Positions 25,201-40,200 of a DNA stretch of 64,000 nt are shown in pieces. The notes below the pieces were generated by a model. It was not told where the DNA came from. It worked only from the letters and a program-made list of their open reading frames with translations, and searched no databases. The stretch is taken from NCBI GenBank assembly GCA_964016885.1, contig OZ024742.1:349060001-349124000 (forward strand), in the 5' to 3' direction. This stretch comes from Eledone cirrhosa. Its lineage: Eukaryota. The position numbers and the translations under genes were made by a program. Numbering within the stretch: position 1 is the stretch's first letter; each line of letters begins with the position of its first letter.

Positions 25201-28200
25201 TAGTTATAGAATTGAAATGGGTCATTGGGTATAGTTATAGAATTGTAAGTGGTCAGTGAGTATAGCTATAGAATTGTAAGGGATCAGTGGGTATAGTTAT
25301 AGAATTATAAGTGGTCAGTAGGTATAATTATAGAATTGTAAGTGGTCAGTGGGTATAGTTATAGAATTGTAAGGGGTCAGTGGGTATAGCTATAGAATTG
25401 TATGCTGTCAGTGGTTATAGCTATAGAATTGTAAGGAGTTAGTGGGTATAGCTATAGAAATGTAAGGGGTCAGTGGGTATAGCTATAGAATTGTAAGTGT
25501 CAGTGGGTATAGTCATAGAATTGTAAGTGGTCAGTGGGTATAGTTATAGAATTTTAATGGGTCAGTGGGTATAGCTATAGAATCGTAAGGGATCAGTGGG
25601 TATAGTTATAGAATGGTAAGGGGTCAGTAGATATAGAATTGTAAGTGGTCAGTGGGTATAGTTATAGAATTGTAAGGGGTCAGTGGGTATAGCTATAGAA
25701 TTGTATGGGGTCAGTGGGTATAGCTATAGAATTGTAAGGAGTCAGTGGGTATAGCTATAGAATTGTAAGGGGTCAGTGGGTATAGCTATAGAATTGTAAG
25801 GGGTCAGTTGGTATAGTTATAGAATTGTAAGGGGTCAGTGCGTATATTTATAGAATTGTAAGGGGTCAGTGGGTATAGTTGTAGAATTGTAAGGGGTCAG
25901 TGGGTATAGCTATAGAATTGTAAGGAGTCAATGGGTATAGTTATAGAATTGTAAGGGGTCAGTGAGTATAGCTATAGAATTGTAAGGGGTCAGTGGGTAT
26001 AGTTACAGAATTGTAAGGGGTCAGTGGGTATAGTTATAGAATTGTCAGTCGTCAGTGGGTATAGTTATAGAATTGTAAGTGGTCAGTGAGTATAGGTATA
26101 GAATTGTAAGGAGTCAGTGGGTATAGCTATAGAATTGTAAGGGGTCAGTGGGCATAGTTATAGAATTGTAAGTGGTCAATGGGTATAGCTATAAAATTGT
26201 AAGGGGTCAGTGGGTATAGCTATAGAATTGTAAGGGATCAGTGGGTATAGTTATAGAATTGTAAGAGGTCAGTGAGTATAGCTATAGAATTGTAAGGGAT
26301 CAGTGAGTATAGCTATAGAATTGTAAGGGATCAGTGAGTATAGTTATAGAATTGTAAGGGGTCAGTGGGTAGAGTTATAGAATTGTAAGGGTTCAGTGGG
26401 TATAGCTATAGAATTGTATGGGGTCAGTGGTTATAGCTATAGAATTGTAAGGAGTTAGTGGGTATAGCTATAGAATTGTAAGGGGTCAGTGGTTGTAGCT
26501 ATAGAATTGTAAGGGGTCAGTGGGTATAGCAATAGATTTGTAAGGAGTCAGTGGGTATAGCTATTGAATTGTAAGGGGTCAGTGGGTATAGCTATAGAAT
26601 TGTAAGGGATCTGTGGGTATAGTTATAGAATTGAAATGGGTCATTGGGTATAGTTATAGAATTGTAAGTGGTCAGTGAGTATAGCTATAGAATTGTAAGG
26701 GATCAGTGGGTATAGTTATAGAATTATAAGTGGTCAGTAGGTATAATTATAGAATTGTAAGTGGTCAGTGGGTATAGTTATAGAATTGTAAGGGGTCAGT
26801 GGGTATAGCTATAGAATTGTATGGTGTCAGTGGTTATAGCTATAGAATTGTAAGGAGTTAGTGGGTATAGCTATAGAAATGTAAGGGGTCAGTGGGTATA
26901 GCTATAGAATTGTAAGTGTCAGTGGGTATAGTCATAGAATTGTAAGTGGTCAGTGGGTATAGTTATAGAATTTTAATGGGTCAGTGGGTATAGCTATAGA
27001 ATCGTAAGGGATCAGTGGGTATAGTTATAGAATGGTAAGGGGTCAGTAGATATAGAATTGTAAGTGGTCAGTGGGTATAGTTATAGAATTGTAAGGGGTC
27101 AGTGGGTATAGCTATAGAATTGTATGGGGTCAGTGGGTATAGCTATAGAATTGTAAGGAGTCAGTGGGTATAGCTATAGAATTGTAAGGGGTCAGTGGGT
27201 ATAGCTATAGAATTGTAAGGGGTCAGTTGGTATAGTTATAGAATTGTAAGGGGTCAGTGCGTATATTTATAGAATTGTAAGGGGTCAGTGGGTATAGTTG
27301 TAGAATTGTAAGGGGTCAGTGGGTATAGCTATAGAATTGTAAGGAGTCAATGGGTATAGTTATAGAATTGTAAGGGGTCAGTGAGTATAGCTATAGAATT
27401 GTAAGGGGTCAGTGGGTATAGTTACAGAATTGTAAGGGGTCAGTGGGTATAGTTATAGAATTGTCAGTCGTCAGTGGGTATAGTTATAGAATTGTAAGTG
27501 GTCAGTGAGTATAGGTATAGAATTGTAAGGAGTCAGTGGGTATAGCTATAGAATTGTAAGGTGTCAGTGGGCATAGTTATAGAATTGTAAGTGGTCAATG
27601 GGTATAGCTATAAAATTGTAAGGGGTCAGTGGGTATAGCTATAGAATTGTAAGGGATCAGTGGGTATAGTTATAGAATTGTAAGAGGTCAGTGAGTATAG
27701 CTATAGAATTGTAAGGGATCAGTGAGTATAGCTATAGAATTGTAAGGGATCAGTGAGTATAGTTATAGAATTGTAAGGGGTCAGTGGGTAGAGTTATAGA
27801 ATTGTAAGGGTTCAGTGGGTATAGCTATAGAATTGTATGGGGTCAGTGGTTATAGCTATAGAATTGTAAGGAGTTAGTGGGTATAGCTATAGAATTGTAA
27901 GGGGTCAGTGGTTATAGCTATAGAATTGTAAGGGGTCAGTGGGTATAGCAATAGATTTGTAAGGAGTCAGTGGGTATAGCTATAGAATTGTAAGGGGTCA
28001 GTGGGTATAGCTATAGAATTGTAAGGGATCTGTGGGTATAGTTATAGAATTGAAATGGGTCATTGTGTATAGTTATAGAATTGTAAGTGGTCAGTGAGTA
28101 TAGCTATAGAATTGTAAGGGATCAGTGGGTATAGTTATAGAATTATAAGTGGTCAGAAGGTATAATTATAGAATTGTAAGTGGTCAGTGGGTATAGTTAT

Positions 28201-31200
28201 AGAATTGTAAGGGGTCAGTGGGTATAGCTATAGAATTGTATGGTGTCAGTGGTTATAGCTATAGAATTGTAAGGAGTTAGTGGGTATAGCTATAGAAATG
28301 TAAGGGGTCAGTGGGTATAGCTATAGAATTGTAAGTGTCAGTGGGTATAGTCATAGAATTGTAAGTGGTCAGTGGGTATAGTTATAGAATTTTAATGGGT
28401 CAGTGGGTATAGCTATAGAATCGTAAGGGATCAGTGGGTATAGTTATAGAATGGTAAGGGGTCAGTAGATATAGAATTGTAAGTGGTCAGTGGGTATAGT
28501 TATAGAATTGTAAGGGGTCAGTGGGTATAGCTATAGAATTGTATGGGGTCAGTGGGTATAGCTATAGAATTGTAAGGAGTCAGTGGGTATAGCTATAGAA
28601 TTGTAAGGGGTCAGTGGGTATAGCTACAGAATTGTAAGGGGTCAGTTGGTATAGTTATAGAATTGTAAGGGGTCAGTGCGTATATTTATAGAATTGTAAG
28701 GGGTCAGTGTGTATAGTTATAGAATTGTAAGGGGTAAGTGGGTATAGCTATAGAATTGTAAGGGGTCAATGGGTATAGTTATAGAATTGTAAGGGGTCAG
28801 TGGGTATAGCTATAGAATTGTAAGGGGTCAATGGGTATAGTTATAGAATTGTCAGGGGTCAGTGAGTATAGTTATAGAATTGTAAGGGGTCAGTGGGTAT
28901 AGTTATAGAATTGTAAGGGGTCAGTGTGTATAGTTATAGAATTGTAAGTGGTCAGTGGGTATAGTTATAGAATTGTAAGGGGTCAGTGAGTATAGCTATA
29001 GAATTGTAAGGGGTCAGTGGGTATAGTTATAGAATTGTAAGGGGTCAGTGCGTATATTTATAGAATTGTAAGGGGTCAGTGTGTATAGTTATAGAATTGT
29101 AAGGGGTAAGTGGGTATAGCTATAGAATTGTAAGGGGTCAATGGGTATAGTTATAGAATTGTAAGGGATCAGTGGGTATAGCTATATAATTGTAAAGGGT
29201 CAAGGTATATAGTTATAGAATTGTAAGGGGGTCAGTGGGTATAGCTATAGAATTGTAAGGGGTTAGTTGATATAGTTATAGAATTGTAAGTGTCAGTGGG
29301 TATAGCTATAGAATTGTAAGGGGTCAGTGGGTATAGTTATAGAATTGTAAGGGTCAGTGGGTATAGTTATAGAATTGTAAGTGGTCAGTGGGTATAGCTA
29401 TAGAATTGTAAGGGGTCAGTGGGTATAGTTATAGAATTGTAAGGTGTCAGTGGGTATAGTTATAGAATTGTAAGGGGTCAGTGGGTATAGGTATATAATT
29501 GTAAGGGGTCAGTGAGTATAGTTATAGAATCGTAAGGGATCAGTGGGTATAGCTATAGAATTGTAAGTGGTCAGTGGGTATAGTTATAGAATTGTAAGGG
29601 GTCAGTGGATATAGTTATAGAATTGTAAGGGGTCAGTGGGTATAGTTATAGAATTGTAAAGGCTCAGTGGGTATAGTTATAGAATTGTAAGGGGTCAGTG
29701 GGTATAGCTATAGAATTGTAAGGCGTCTGTGGGTATAGCTATAGAATTGTAAGTGGTCAGTGGGTATAGCTATAGAATTGTAAGGGGTCAGTGGCTATAG
29801 CTATAGAATTGTAAAGGGTCAGTGGGTATAGTTATAGAATTGCAATTGGTCAGTGGGTATAGCTATAGAATTGTAAGTGGTCAGTGGGCATAGCTATAGA
29901 ATCGTAAGGGGTCAGTGGGTATAGTTATAGAATTGTAAGGGGTCAGTGGGTATAGCTATAGATTTGTAAGTGGTCAGTGGGTATAGTTATAGAATTGTAA
30001 GGGGTCAGTTGGTATAGTTATAGAATTGTAAGGAATCAGTGGGTATAGCTATTAAATTGTAAGGCGTCTGTGGGTATAGCTATAGAATTGTAAGTGGTCA
30101 GTGGGTATAGCTATGGAATAGTAAGGAGTCAGTGGGTATAGATATAGAATTGTAATGGGTCAGTGGGTATAGTTATAGAATTGTAAGGGATCAGTGGGTA
30201 TAACTATTGAATTGTAAGGCGTCTTAGGCTATAGCTATAGAATTGTAAGAGTTCAGTGGGGATAGTTATAGAATTGTAAGGGATCAGTGGGTATAGCTAT
30301 AGAATTGTAAGGGGTCAGCGGGTATAGCTATAGAATTGTAAGGATTCTGTAGGTATAGTTATAGAATTGTAAGGGGTCAGTGGGTATAGTTATATAACTG
30401 TAAGGGGTCAGTGGGTATAGCTATAGAATTGTAAGGGGTCAGTGGGTATAGTTACAGAATTGTAAGGGGTCAGTGGGTATAGTTATAGAATTGTCAGTCG
30501 TCAGTGGGTATAGTTATAGAATTGTAAGTGGTCAGTGAGTATAGGTATAGAATTGTAAGGAGTCAGTGGGTATAGCTATAGAATTGTAAGGTGTCAGTGG
30601 GCATAGTTATAGAATTGTAAGTGGTCAATGGGTATAGCTATAAAATTGTAAGGGGTCAGTGGGTATAGCTATAGAATTGTAAGGGATCAGTGGGTATAGT
30701 TATAGAATTGTAAGAGGTCAGTGAGTATAGCTATAGAATTGTAAGGGATCAGTGAGTATAGCTATAGAATTGTAAGGGATCAGTGAGTATAGTTATAGAA
30801 TTGTAAGGGGTCAGTGGGTAGAGTTATAGAATTGTAAGGGTTCAGTGGGTATAGCTATAGAATTGTATGGGGTCAGTGGTTATAGCTATAGAATTGTAAG
30901 GAGTTAGTGGGTATAGCTATAGAATTGTAAGGGGTCAGTGGTTATAGCTATAGAATTGTAAGGGGTCAGTGGGTATAGCAATAGATTTGTAAGGAGTCAG
31001 TGGGTATAGCTATAGAATTGTAAGGGGTCAGTGGGTATAGCTATAGAATTGTAAGGGATCTGTGGGTATAGTTATAGAATTGAAATGGGTCATTGTGTAT
31101 AGTTATAGAATTGTAAGTGGTCAGTGAGTATAGCTATAGAATTGTAAGGGATCAGTGGGTATAGTTATAGAATTATAAGTGGTCAGAAGGTATAATTATA

Positions 31201-34200
31201 GAATTGTAAGTGGTCAGTGGGTATAGTTATAGAATTGTAAGGGGTCAGTGGGTATAGCTATAGAATTGTATGGTGTCAGTGGTTATAGCTATAGAATTGT
31301 AAGGAGTTAGTGGGTATAGCTATAGAAATGTAAGGGGTCAGTGGGTATAGCTATAGAATTGTAAGTGTCAGTGGGTATAGTCATAGAATTGTAAGTGGTC
31401 AGTGGGTATAGTTATAGAATTTTAATGGGTCAGTGGGTATAGCTATAGAATCGTAAGGGATCAGTGGGTATAGTTATAGAATGGTAAGGGGTCAGTAGAT
31501 ATAGAATTGTAAGTGGTCAGTGGGTATAGTTATAGAATTGTAAGGGGTCAGTGGGTATAGCTATAGAATTGTATGGGGTCAGTGGGTATAGCTATAGAAT
31601 TGTAAGGAGTCAGTGGGTATAGCTATAGAATTGTAAGGGGTCAGTGGGTATAGCTACAGAATTGTAAGGGGTCAGTTGGTATAGTTATAGAATTGTAAGG
31701 GGTCAGTGCGTATATTTATAGAATTGTAAGGGGTCAGTGTGTATAGTTATAGAATTGTAAGGGGTAAGTGGGTATAGCTATAGAATTGTAAGGGGTCAAT
31801 GGGTATAGTTATAGAATTGTAAGGGGTCAGTGGGTATAGCTATAGAATTGTAAGGGGTCAATGGGTATAGTTATAGAATTGTCAGGGGTCAGTGAGTATA
31901 GTTATAGAATTGTAAGGGGTCAGTGGGTATAGTTATAGAATTGTAAGGGGTCAGTGTGTATAGTTATAGAATTGTAAGTGGTCAGTGGGTATAGTTATAG
32001 AATTGTAAGGGGTCAGTGAGTATAGCTATAGAATTGTAAGGGGTCAGTGGGTATAGTTATAGAATTGTAAGGGGTCAGTGCGTATATTTATAGAATTGTA
32101 AGGGGTCAGTGTGTATAGTTATAGAATTGTAAGGGGTAAGTGGGTATAGCTATAGAATTGTAAGGGGTCAATGGGTATAGTTATAGAATTGTAAGGGATC
32201 AGTGGGTATAGCTATATAATTGTAAAGGGTCAAGGTATATAGTTATAGAATTGTAAGGGGGTCAGTGGGTATAGCTATAGAATTGTAAGGGGTTAGTTGA
32301 TATAGTTATAGAATTGTAAGTGTCAGTGGGTATAGCTATAGAATTGTAAGGGGTCAGTGGGTATAGTTATAGAATTGTAAGGGTCAGTGGGTATAGTTAT
32401 AGAATTGTAAGTGGTCAGTGGGTATAGCTATAGAATTGTAAGGGGTCAGTGGGTATAGTTATAGAATTGTAAGGTGTCAGTGGGTATAGTTATAGAATTG
32501 TAAGGGGTCAGTGGGTATAGGTATATAATTGTAAGGGGTCAGTGAGTATAGTTATAGAATCGTAAGGGATCAGTGGGTATAGCTATAGAATTGTAAGTGG
32601 TCAGTGGGTATAGTTATAGAATTGTAAGGGGTCAGTGGATATAGTTATAGAATTGTAAGGGGTCAGTGGGTATAGTTATAGAATTGTAAAGGCTCAGTGG
32701 GTATAGTTATAGAATTGTAAGGGGTCAGTGGGTATAGCTATAGAATTGTAAGGCGTCTGTGGGTATAGCTATAGAATTGTAAGTGGTCAGTGGGTATAGC
32801 TATAGAATTGTAAGGGGTCAGTGGCTATAGCTATAGAATTGTAAAGGGTCAGTGGGTATAGTTATAGAATTGCAATTGGTCAGTGGGTATAGCTATAGAA
32901 TTGTAAGTGGTCAGTGGGCATAGCTATAGAATCGTAAGGGGTCAGTGGGTATAGTTATAGAATTGTAAGGGGTCAGTGGGTATAGCTATAGATTTGTAAG
33001 TGGTCAGTGGGTATAGTTATAGAATTGTAAGGGGTCAGTTGGTATAGTTATAGAATTGTAAGGAATCAGTGGGTATAGCTATTAAATTGTAAGGCGTCTG
33101 TGGGTATAGCTATAGAATTGTAAGTGGTCAGTGGGTATAGCTATGGAATAGTAAGGAGTCAGTGGGTATAGATATAGAATTGTAATGGGTCAGTGGGTAT
33201 AGTTATAGAATTGTAAGGGATCAGTGGGTATAACTATTGAATTGTAAGGCGTCTTAGGCTATAGCTATAGAATTGTAAGAGTTCAGTGGGGATAGTTATA
33301 GAATTGTAAGGGATCAGTGGGTATAGCTATAGAATTGTAAGGGGTCAGCGGGTATAGCTATAGAATTGTAAGGATTCTGTAGGTATAGTTATAGAATTGT
33401 AAGGGGTCAGTGGGTATAGTTATATAACTGTAAGGGGTCAGTGGGTATAGCTATAGAATTGTATGGGGCCAGAGGGTATATATATATAGAATTGTAATGG
33501 GTCAGTGGGTATAGATATAGAATTGTAAGGGGTCAGTGGGTATAGCTATAGAATTGTAAGTGGTCAGTTTGTATAGTTATAGATTTGTAAGGCGTCTGTG
33601 GGTATAGCTATAGAATTGTAAGGGATCAGTGGGTATAGCTATAGAATTGTAAGTGGTCAGTGGGTATAGCTATAGAATTGTAAGGGATCAGTGGGTCTAG
33701 CTATAGAATTGTAAGTGGTCAGTGGGTATACTTATAGAATCGTAAGGGGTCAGTGGGTATAGCTATAGAATTGTAGGTGGTCAGTGGGTATAGTTATAGA
33801 ATTGTAAGGGGTCAGTGTGTATAGTTATAGAATTGTAAGGAATCAATAGGTATAGCTATAGAATTGTTAGGTGTCAGTGGGTATAGCTATAGAATTTTAA
33901 GGGGTCAGTGGGTATAGTTATAGAATTGTAAGGGGTTAGTGAATATAGATATAGAATTGTAAGGGCTCAGTGGGTATAGCTATAGAATTGTAAGGGGTCG
34001 CTGTGTATAGTTATAGAGTTGTAAGGGATCAGTGGGTATAGCTATAGAATTGTAAGTGGTCAGTGGGTATAGTTATAGAATTGTAAGGGGTCAAACTATA
34101 TAGTTATAGAAATGTAAGTGGTCAGTGGGTATAGTTATAGAATTGTAAGGGGTCAGTGGATATAGAATTGTAAGGGTTCAGTGGGTATAGTTATAGAATT

Positions 34201-37200
34201 GTAAGGGGTCAGTGGGTATAGCTATAGAATTGTAAGGAGTCAGTGTGTATATATATAGAATTGTTAAGGGTCAGTGGGTATAGTTATAGAATTGTAAGGG
34301 GTCAGTGGGTATAGTTATAGAATTGTAAGGGTTCAGTGGGTATAGTTATAGAATTGTAAGGGGTCAGTGGGTATATCTAAAGAATTGTAAGGGGTCAGTG
34401 GGTATAATTATAGAATTGTAAGGGGTTAGTGGGTATAGTTATAGAATCGTAAGGGGTCAGTGGGTATAGTTATAGAATTGTAAGTGGTCAGTGGGTATAG
34501 ATATAGAATTGTAAAGGGTCAGTGGGTATAGTTATAGAATTGTAAGGGGTCAGTGGGTATAGTTATAGAATTGTAAGTGGTCAGTGGGTATAGCTATAGA
34601 ATTGTAAGGGGTCAGTGGGTATAGTTATAGAATTGTAAGGGTTCAGTGGGTATAGTTATAGAATTGTACGGGGTCAGTGGGTATATCTATAGAATTGTAA
34701 GGTGTCAGTGGGTATAACTATAGAATTGTAAGGGGTCAGTGGGTATAGTTATAGAATTGTAAAGGATGAGTGGGTATAGCTATAGAATTGTAAGGGGTCA
34801 GTGGGTATAGTTATAGGATTATAAGTGGTCAGTGGGTATAGTTATAGAATTGTAAGGGATCAGTGGGTATAGCTATAGAATTGTAAGTGGTCAGTGGGTA
34901 TAGCTATGGAATTGTAAGGAGTCAGTGGGTATAGCTATAGAATTGTAAGGCTTCAGTGGGTATAGTTATAGAATTGTAAGGGGTCAGTGGGTATAGTTAT
35001 AGAATTGTAAGGGATCAGTGGGTATAGCTATAGAATTGTAAGTGGTCAGTGGGTATAGTTATAGAATTCTAAGGGGTCAGTGGGTATAGCTATAGAATTG
35101 TAAGGCGTCTGTGGGTATAGCTATAGAATTGTAAGGGGTCAGTGGGTATAGATATATAATCGTAAGTGGTCAGTGGGTATAGCTATAGAATTGTAAGGGA
35201 TCAGTGGATATAGCTATAGAATAGTAGGGGGTCAGTGGGTATAGTTATAGAATTGCAAGTGGTCAGTGGGTATAGCTATAGAATTGTAAGTGGTCAGTGG
35301 GTATAGCTATAGAATCGTAAGGGGAGAGTGGGTATTGTTATAGAATTCTAAGGGGTCAGTGGGTATAGCTATAGAATCTTAAGGGGTCAGTGGGTATAAT
35401 TATAGAATTGTAAGGGATGAGTGGGTATAGCTATAGAATTGTAAGGGGTCAGTGGGTATAGTTATAGGATTATAAGTGGTCAGTTGGTATAGTTATAGAA
35501 TTGTAAGTGTTTGTGTGTATAGATATAGAATTGTAAGAGCTCAGTGGGTAAGGCTATAGAATTGTAAGGGGTCATTGGGTATAGCTATAGAATTGTAAGG
35601 AATCAGTGGGTATAGATATAGAATTGTAAGGGGCCAGTGGGTATAGATATAGACTTGTAAGGGATCAGTGGGTCTAACTATTGAATTGTAAGGGTCTGAG
35701 GGTATAGCTATAGAATTGTAAGAGTTCAGTGGGTATAGTTATAGAATTGTAAAGGATCAGTGGGTATAGCTATAGAATTGTAAGGGGTCAGTGTGTATAG
35801 TTATAGATTTGTAAGGGATCAGTGGGTATAGCTATAGAATTGTAAGTGGTCAGTGGGTATAGCTATAGAATTGTAAGAGGTCAGTGGATATAGTTATAGA
35901 ATTGTAAGGGGTCAGTGGGTATAGTTATAGAATTGTAAGTGGTCAGTGGGTATAGCTATAGATTTGTAAGGAGTCAGTGTGTATATATATAGAATTGTAA
36001 GTGCTCAGTGGGTATAGTTATAGAATTGTAAGGGTCAATAGGTATAGTTATAGAATTGTAAGGGTTCAGTGGGTATAGTTATAGAATTTTAAGGGGTCAG
36101 TGGGCATATCTATAGAATTGTAAGGGGTCAGTGTGTATAACTATAGAATTGTAAGGGGTCAGTGGGTATAGTTATAGAATTGTAAGGGGTCAGTGGGCAT
36201 ATCTATAGAATTGTAAGTGGTCAGTGGGTATAGCTATAGAATTGTAACGGGTCAGTGGGTATAGTTATAGAATTGTAAGGGGTCAGTGGGTATAGTTATA
36301 AAATTGTAAGGGGTCAGTGGGTATAGTTATAGAATTATAAGGGGTCAGTGGGTATACCTATAGAATTGTAAGTGGTCAGTGGGTATAGTTATAGAATTGT
36401 AAGGGGTAAAAGTATATAGTTATAGAATTGTAAGGTGTCAGTGGGTATAGCTATAGAATTGTAAGGGGTCAGTGGATATAGTTATAGTATTGTAAGGGGT
36501 CAGTGGGTATAGTTATAGAATTGTAAGGGTTCAGTGGGTATAGTTATAGAATTGTAAGGGGTCAGTGGGTATATCTATAGAATTGTAAGTGGTCAGTGGG
36601 TATAACTATAGAGTTGTAAGGGGTCAGTGGGTATAGTTATAGAATTTTAAGGGGTCAGTGGGTATAGTTATAGAATTGTACGTGGTCAGTGGGTATAGTT
36701 ATAGAATTGTAAGGGTCAGTGGATATAGTTATAGAATTGTAAGGGGTCAGTGGGTATAGCTATAGAAATGTAAGTGGTCAGTGAGTACAGTTATAGAATT
36801 GTAAGGGGTCAGAGGGTATAGCTATATAATTGTAAGGGGTCAGAGGGTATAGATATAGCATCGTAAAGGCTCAGTGGGTATATTTATAGAATTGTAAGGG
36901 CTCAGTGAGTATAGCTATAGAATTGTAAGGCGTCTGTAGGAATAGGTATAAAATTGTAAGGGGTCAGTGGGTATAGATATATAATTGTAAGGGGTCAGTG
37001 AGTATAGCTATAGAATTGTAAGGGGTCAGTGGGTATAGTTATAGAATTGCAAGTGGTCAATGGGTATAGCTATAGAAACGTAAGGGGTCAGTGGGTATAG
37101 TTATAGAATTGTAAGGGGTCAGTGGGTATAGTTATAGAATTGTAAGGAATCAGTGGGTATAGCTATAGAATTGTAAGGGGTCAGTGGGTATAGCTATAGT

Positions 37201-40200
37201 ATTTTAAGGTGTCAGTGTGTATAGTTATAGAATTGTAAGGGATGAGTGTGTATAGCTATAGAATTTTAAGGGGTCAGTGGGTATAGTTATAGAATTTGAA
37301 GGGGTCAGTGTGTATAGATATAGAATTGTAAGGGCTCAGTGGGTATAGCTATAGAATTGTAAGGGGTCAGTGGGCATAGCTATGGAATTGTAAGGCATCA
37401 GTGGGTATAGATATAGAATTGTAAGGATTCTGTAGGTATAGTTATAGAATTGTAAGGAGTTGTGGGTATAGTTATAGAATTGTAAGGGGTCAGTGGGTAT
37501 AGTTATAGAATTGTAAGGGATCAGTGGGTATAGCTATAGAATTGTAAGGATTCTGTAGGTATAGTTATAGAATTGTAAGGGCTCAGTGGGTATAGTAATA
37601 GAATTGTAAGGGTTCAGTGGGTATAGCTATAGAATTGTAAGGGTTCAGAGGGTATATATATAGAATTGTAAGGGGTCAGTGTGTATAGATATAGAATTGT
37701 AAGGGATCAGTGGGTCTAACTATTGAATTGTAAGGGTCTGAGGGTATAGCTATAGAATTGTAAGAGTTCAGTGGGTATAGTTATAGAATTGTAAGGGATC
37801 AGTGGGTATAGCTATAGAATTGTAAGGGATCAGTGGGTATAGCTATAGAATTGTAAGTGGTCAGTGGGTATAGCTATAGAATTGTAAGGGGTCAGTGGAT
37901 ATAGTTATAGAATTGTAAGGGGTCAGTGGGTATAGTTATAGAATTGTAAGTGGTCAGTGGGTATAGGTATAGAATTGTAAGGAGTCAGTGTGTATAAATA
38001 TAGAACTGTATGTGCTCAGTGGGTATAGTTATAGAATTGTAAGGGGTCAGTGGGTATAGTTATAGAATTGTAAGGGTTCAGTGGGCATAGTTATAGAATT
38101 GTAAGGGGTCAGTGGGTATATCTATAGAATTGTAAGTGGTCAGTGTGTATAACTATAGAATTGTAAGGGGTCAGTGGGTATACTTATAGAATTGTAAGGG
38201 GTCAGTGGGTATAGTTATAGAATTGTAAGGGGTCAGTGGGTATAGCTATAGAATTGTAAGGGGTCAGTGGGTATAGTTATAGAATTGTAAGGGGTCAGTG
38301 GGTATAGTTATAGAATTGTAAGGGGTCAGCGGGTATAGTTATAGATTTATAAGGGGTCAGTGGGTATAGCTATAGAATTGTAAGTGGTCAGTGGGTATAG
38401 TTATAGAATTGTAAGGGGTAAAATTATATAGTTATAGAATTGTAAAGTGTCAGTGGGTATAGCTATAGAATTGTAAGGGGTCAGTGGATATAGTTAAAGA
38501 ATTGTAAGGGTTCAGTGTGTATAGTTATAAAATTGTAAGGGCTCAGTGGGTATATCTATAGAATTGTAAGGGGTCAGTGGGTATAACTATAGAATTGTAA
38601 GGGGTCAGTGTGTATAGTTATAGAATTTTGAGGGGTCAGAGGGTATAGATATAGCATCGTAATGGCTCAGTGGGTATATTTATAGAATTGTAAAGGCTCA
38701 GTGAGTATAGCTATAGAATTGTAAGGCGTCTGTAGGTATAGCTATAGAATTGTAAGGGGTCAGCGGGTATAAATATATAATTGTAAGGGGTCAGTGGGTA
38801 AAGCTATAGAATTGTAAGGGGTCAGTGGGTATAGTTATAGAATTGCAAGTGGTCAGTGGGTATAGCAATAGAAACGTAAGGGGTCAGTGGGTATAGTTAT
38901 AGAATTGTAAGGGGTCAGTGGGTATAGTTATAGAATTGTAAGGAATCAGTGGGTATAGCTATAGAATTGTAAGGGGTCAGTGGGTATAGCTATAGAATTT
39001 TAAGGTGTCAGTGTGTATAGTTATAGAATTGTAAGGGATGAGTGTGTATAGCTATAGAATTTTAAGGGGTCAGTGGGTATAGTTATAGGATTATAAGTGG
39101 TCAGTGGGTATAGTTATTGAATTTAAAGGGGTCAGTGTGTATAGATATAGAATTGTAAGGGCTCAGTGGGTATAGCTATAGAATTGTAAGGGGTCAGTGG
39201 GTATAGCTATGGAATTGTAAGGAGTCAGTGGGTATAGATATAGAATTGTAAGGATTCTGTAGGTATAGTTATAGAATTGTAAGGGGTCAGTGGGTATAGT
39301 TATAGAATTGTAAGGGGTCAGTGGGTATAGTTATAGAATTGTAAGGGATCAGTGGGTATAGCTATAGAACTGTAAGGATTCTGTAGGTATAGTTATAGAA
39401 TTGTAAGGGGTCAGTGGGTATAGTTATAGAATTGTAAGGGGTCAGTGGGTATAGCTATAGAATTGTAAGGGATCAGAGGGTATATATATAGAATTGTAAA
39501 GGGTCAGTGGGTATAGATATAGAATTGTAAGGGGTCAGTGGTTATAGCTATAGAATTGTAAGTGGTCAGTTGGTATAGTTATAGAATTGTAAGGGGTCAG
39601 TGGGTATTGCTATAGAATTGTAAGGTGTCAGAGGGCATAGATATAGAATTGTAAGGGGTCAGTGGGTGTAAGGTGTCAGTGGGTATAGCTAGAGAATTGT
39701 AAAGGGTCAGTGGGTATAGTTATAGTATTGTAAGGGGTCAGTGGGTATAGTTATAGAATTGTAAGGGGTCAGTGGGTATAGTTATAGAATTGTAAGGGAT
39801 CAGTGGGTATAGCTATATAATTGTAAGTGGTCAGTGGGTATAGTTATAAAATTGTAAGGGGTCAGTGGGTATAGCTATAGAATTGTAAGGCGTCTCTGGG
39901 TATAGCTATATAATTGTAAGGGGTCAGTGGGTATAGATATATAATTGTAAGGGGTCAGTGGGTATAGCTATAGAATTGTAAGGGATCAGTGGGTATAGCT
40001 ATAGAATAGTAAGGGGTCAGTGGGTATAGTTATAGAATTGCAAGTGGTCAGTGGGTATAGCTATAGAATTGCAAGTGGTCAGTGGGTATAGCTATAGAAT
40101 CGTAAGGGGTCAGTGGGTATAGTAATAGAATTGTAAGGGGTCACAGTGTATAGTTATAGAATTGTAAGGAATCAGTGGGTATAGCTATAGAATTGTTAGG

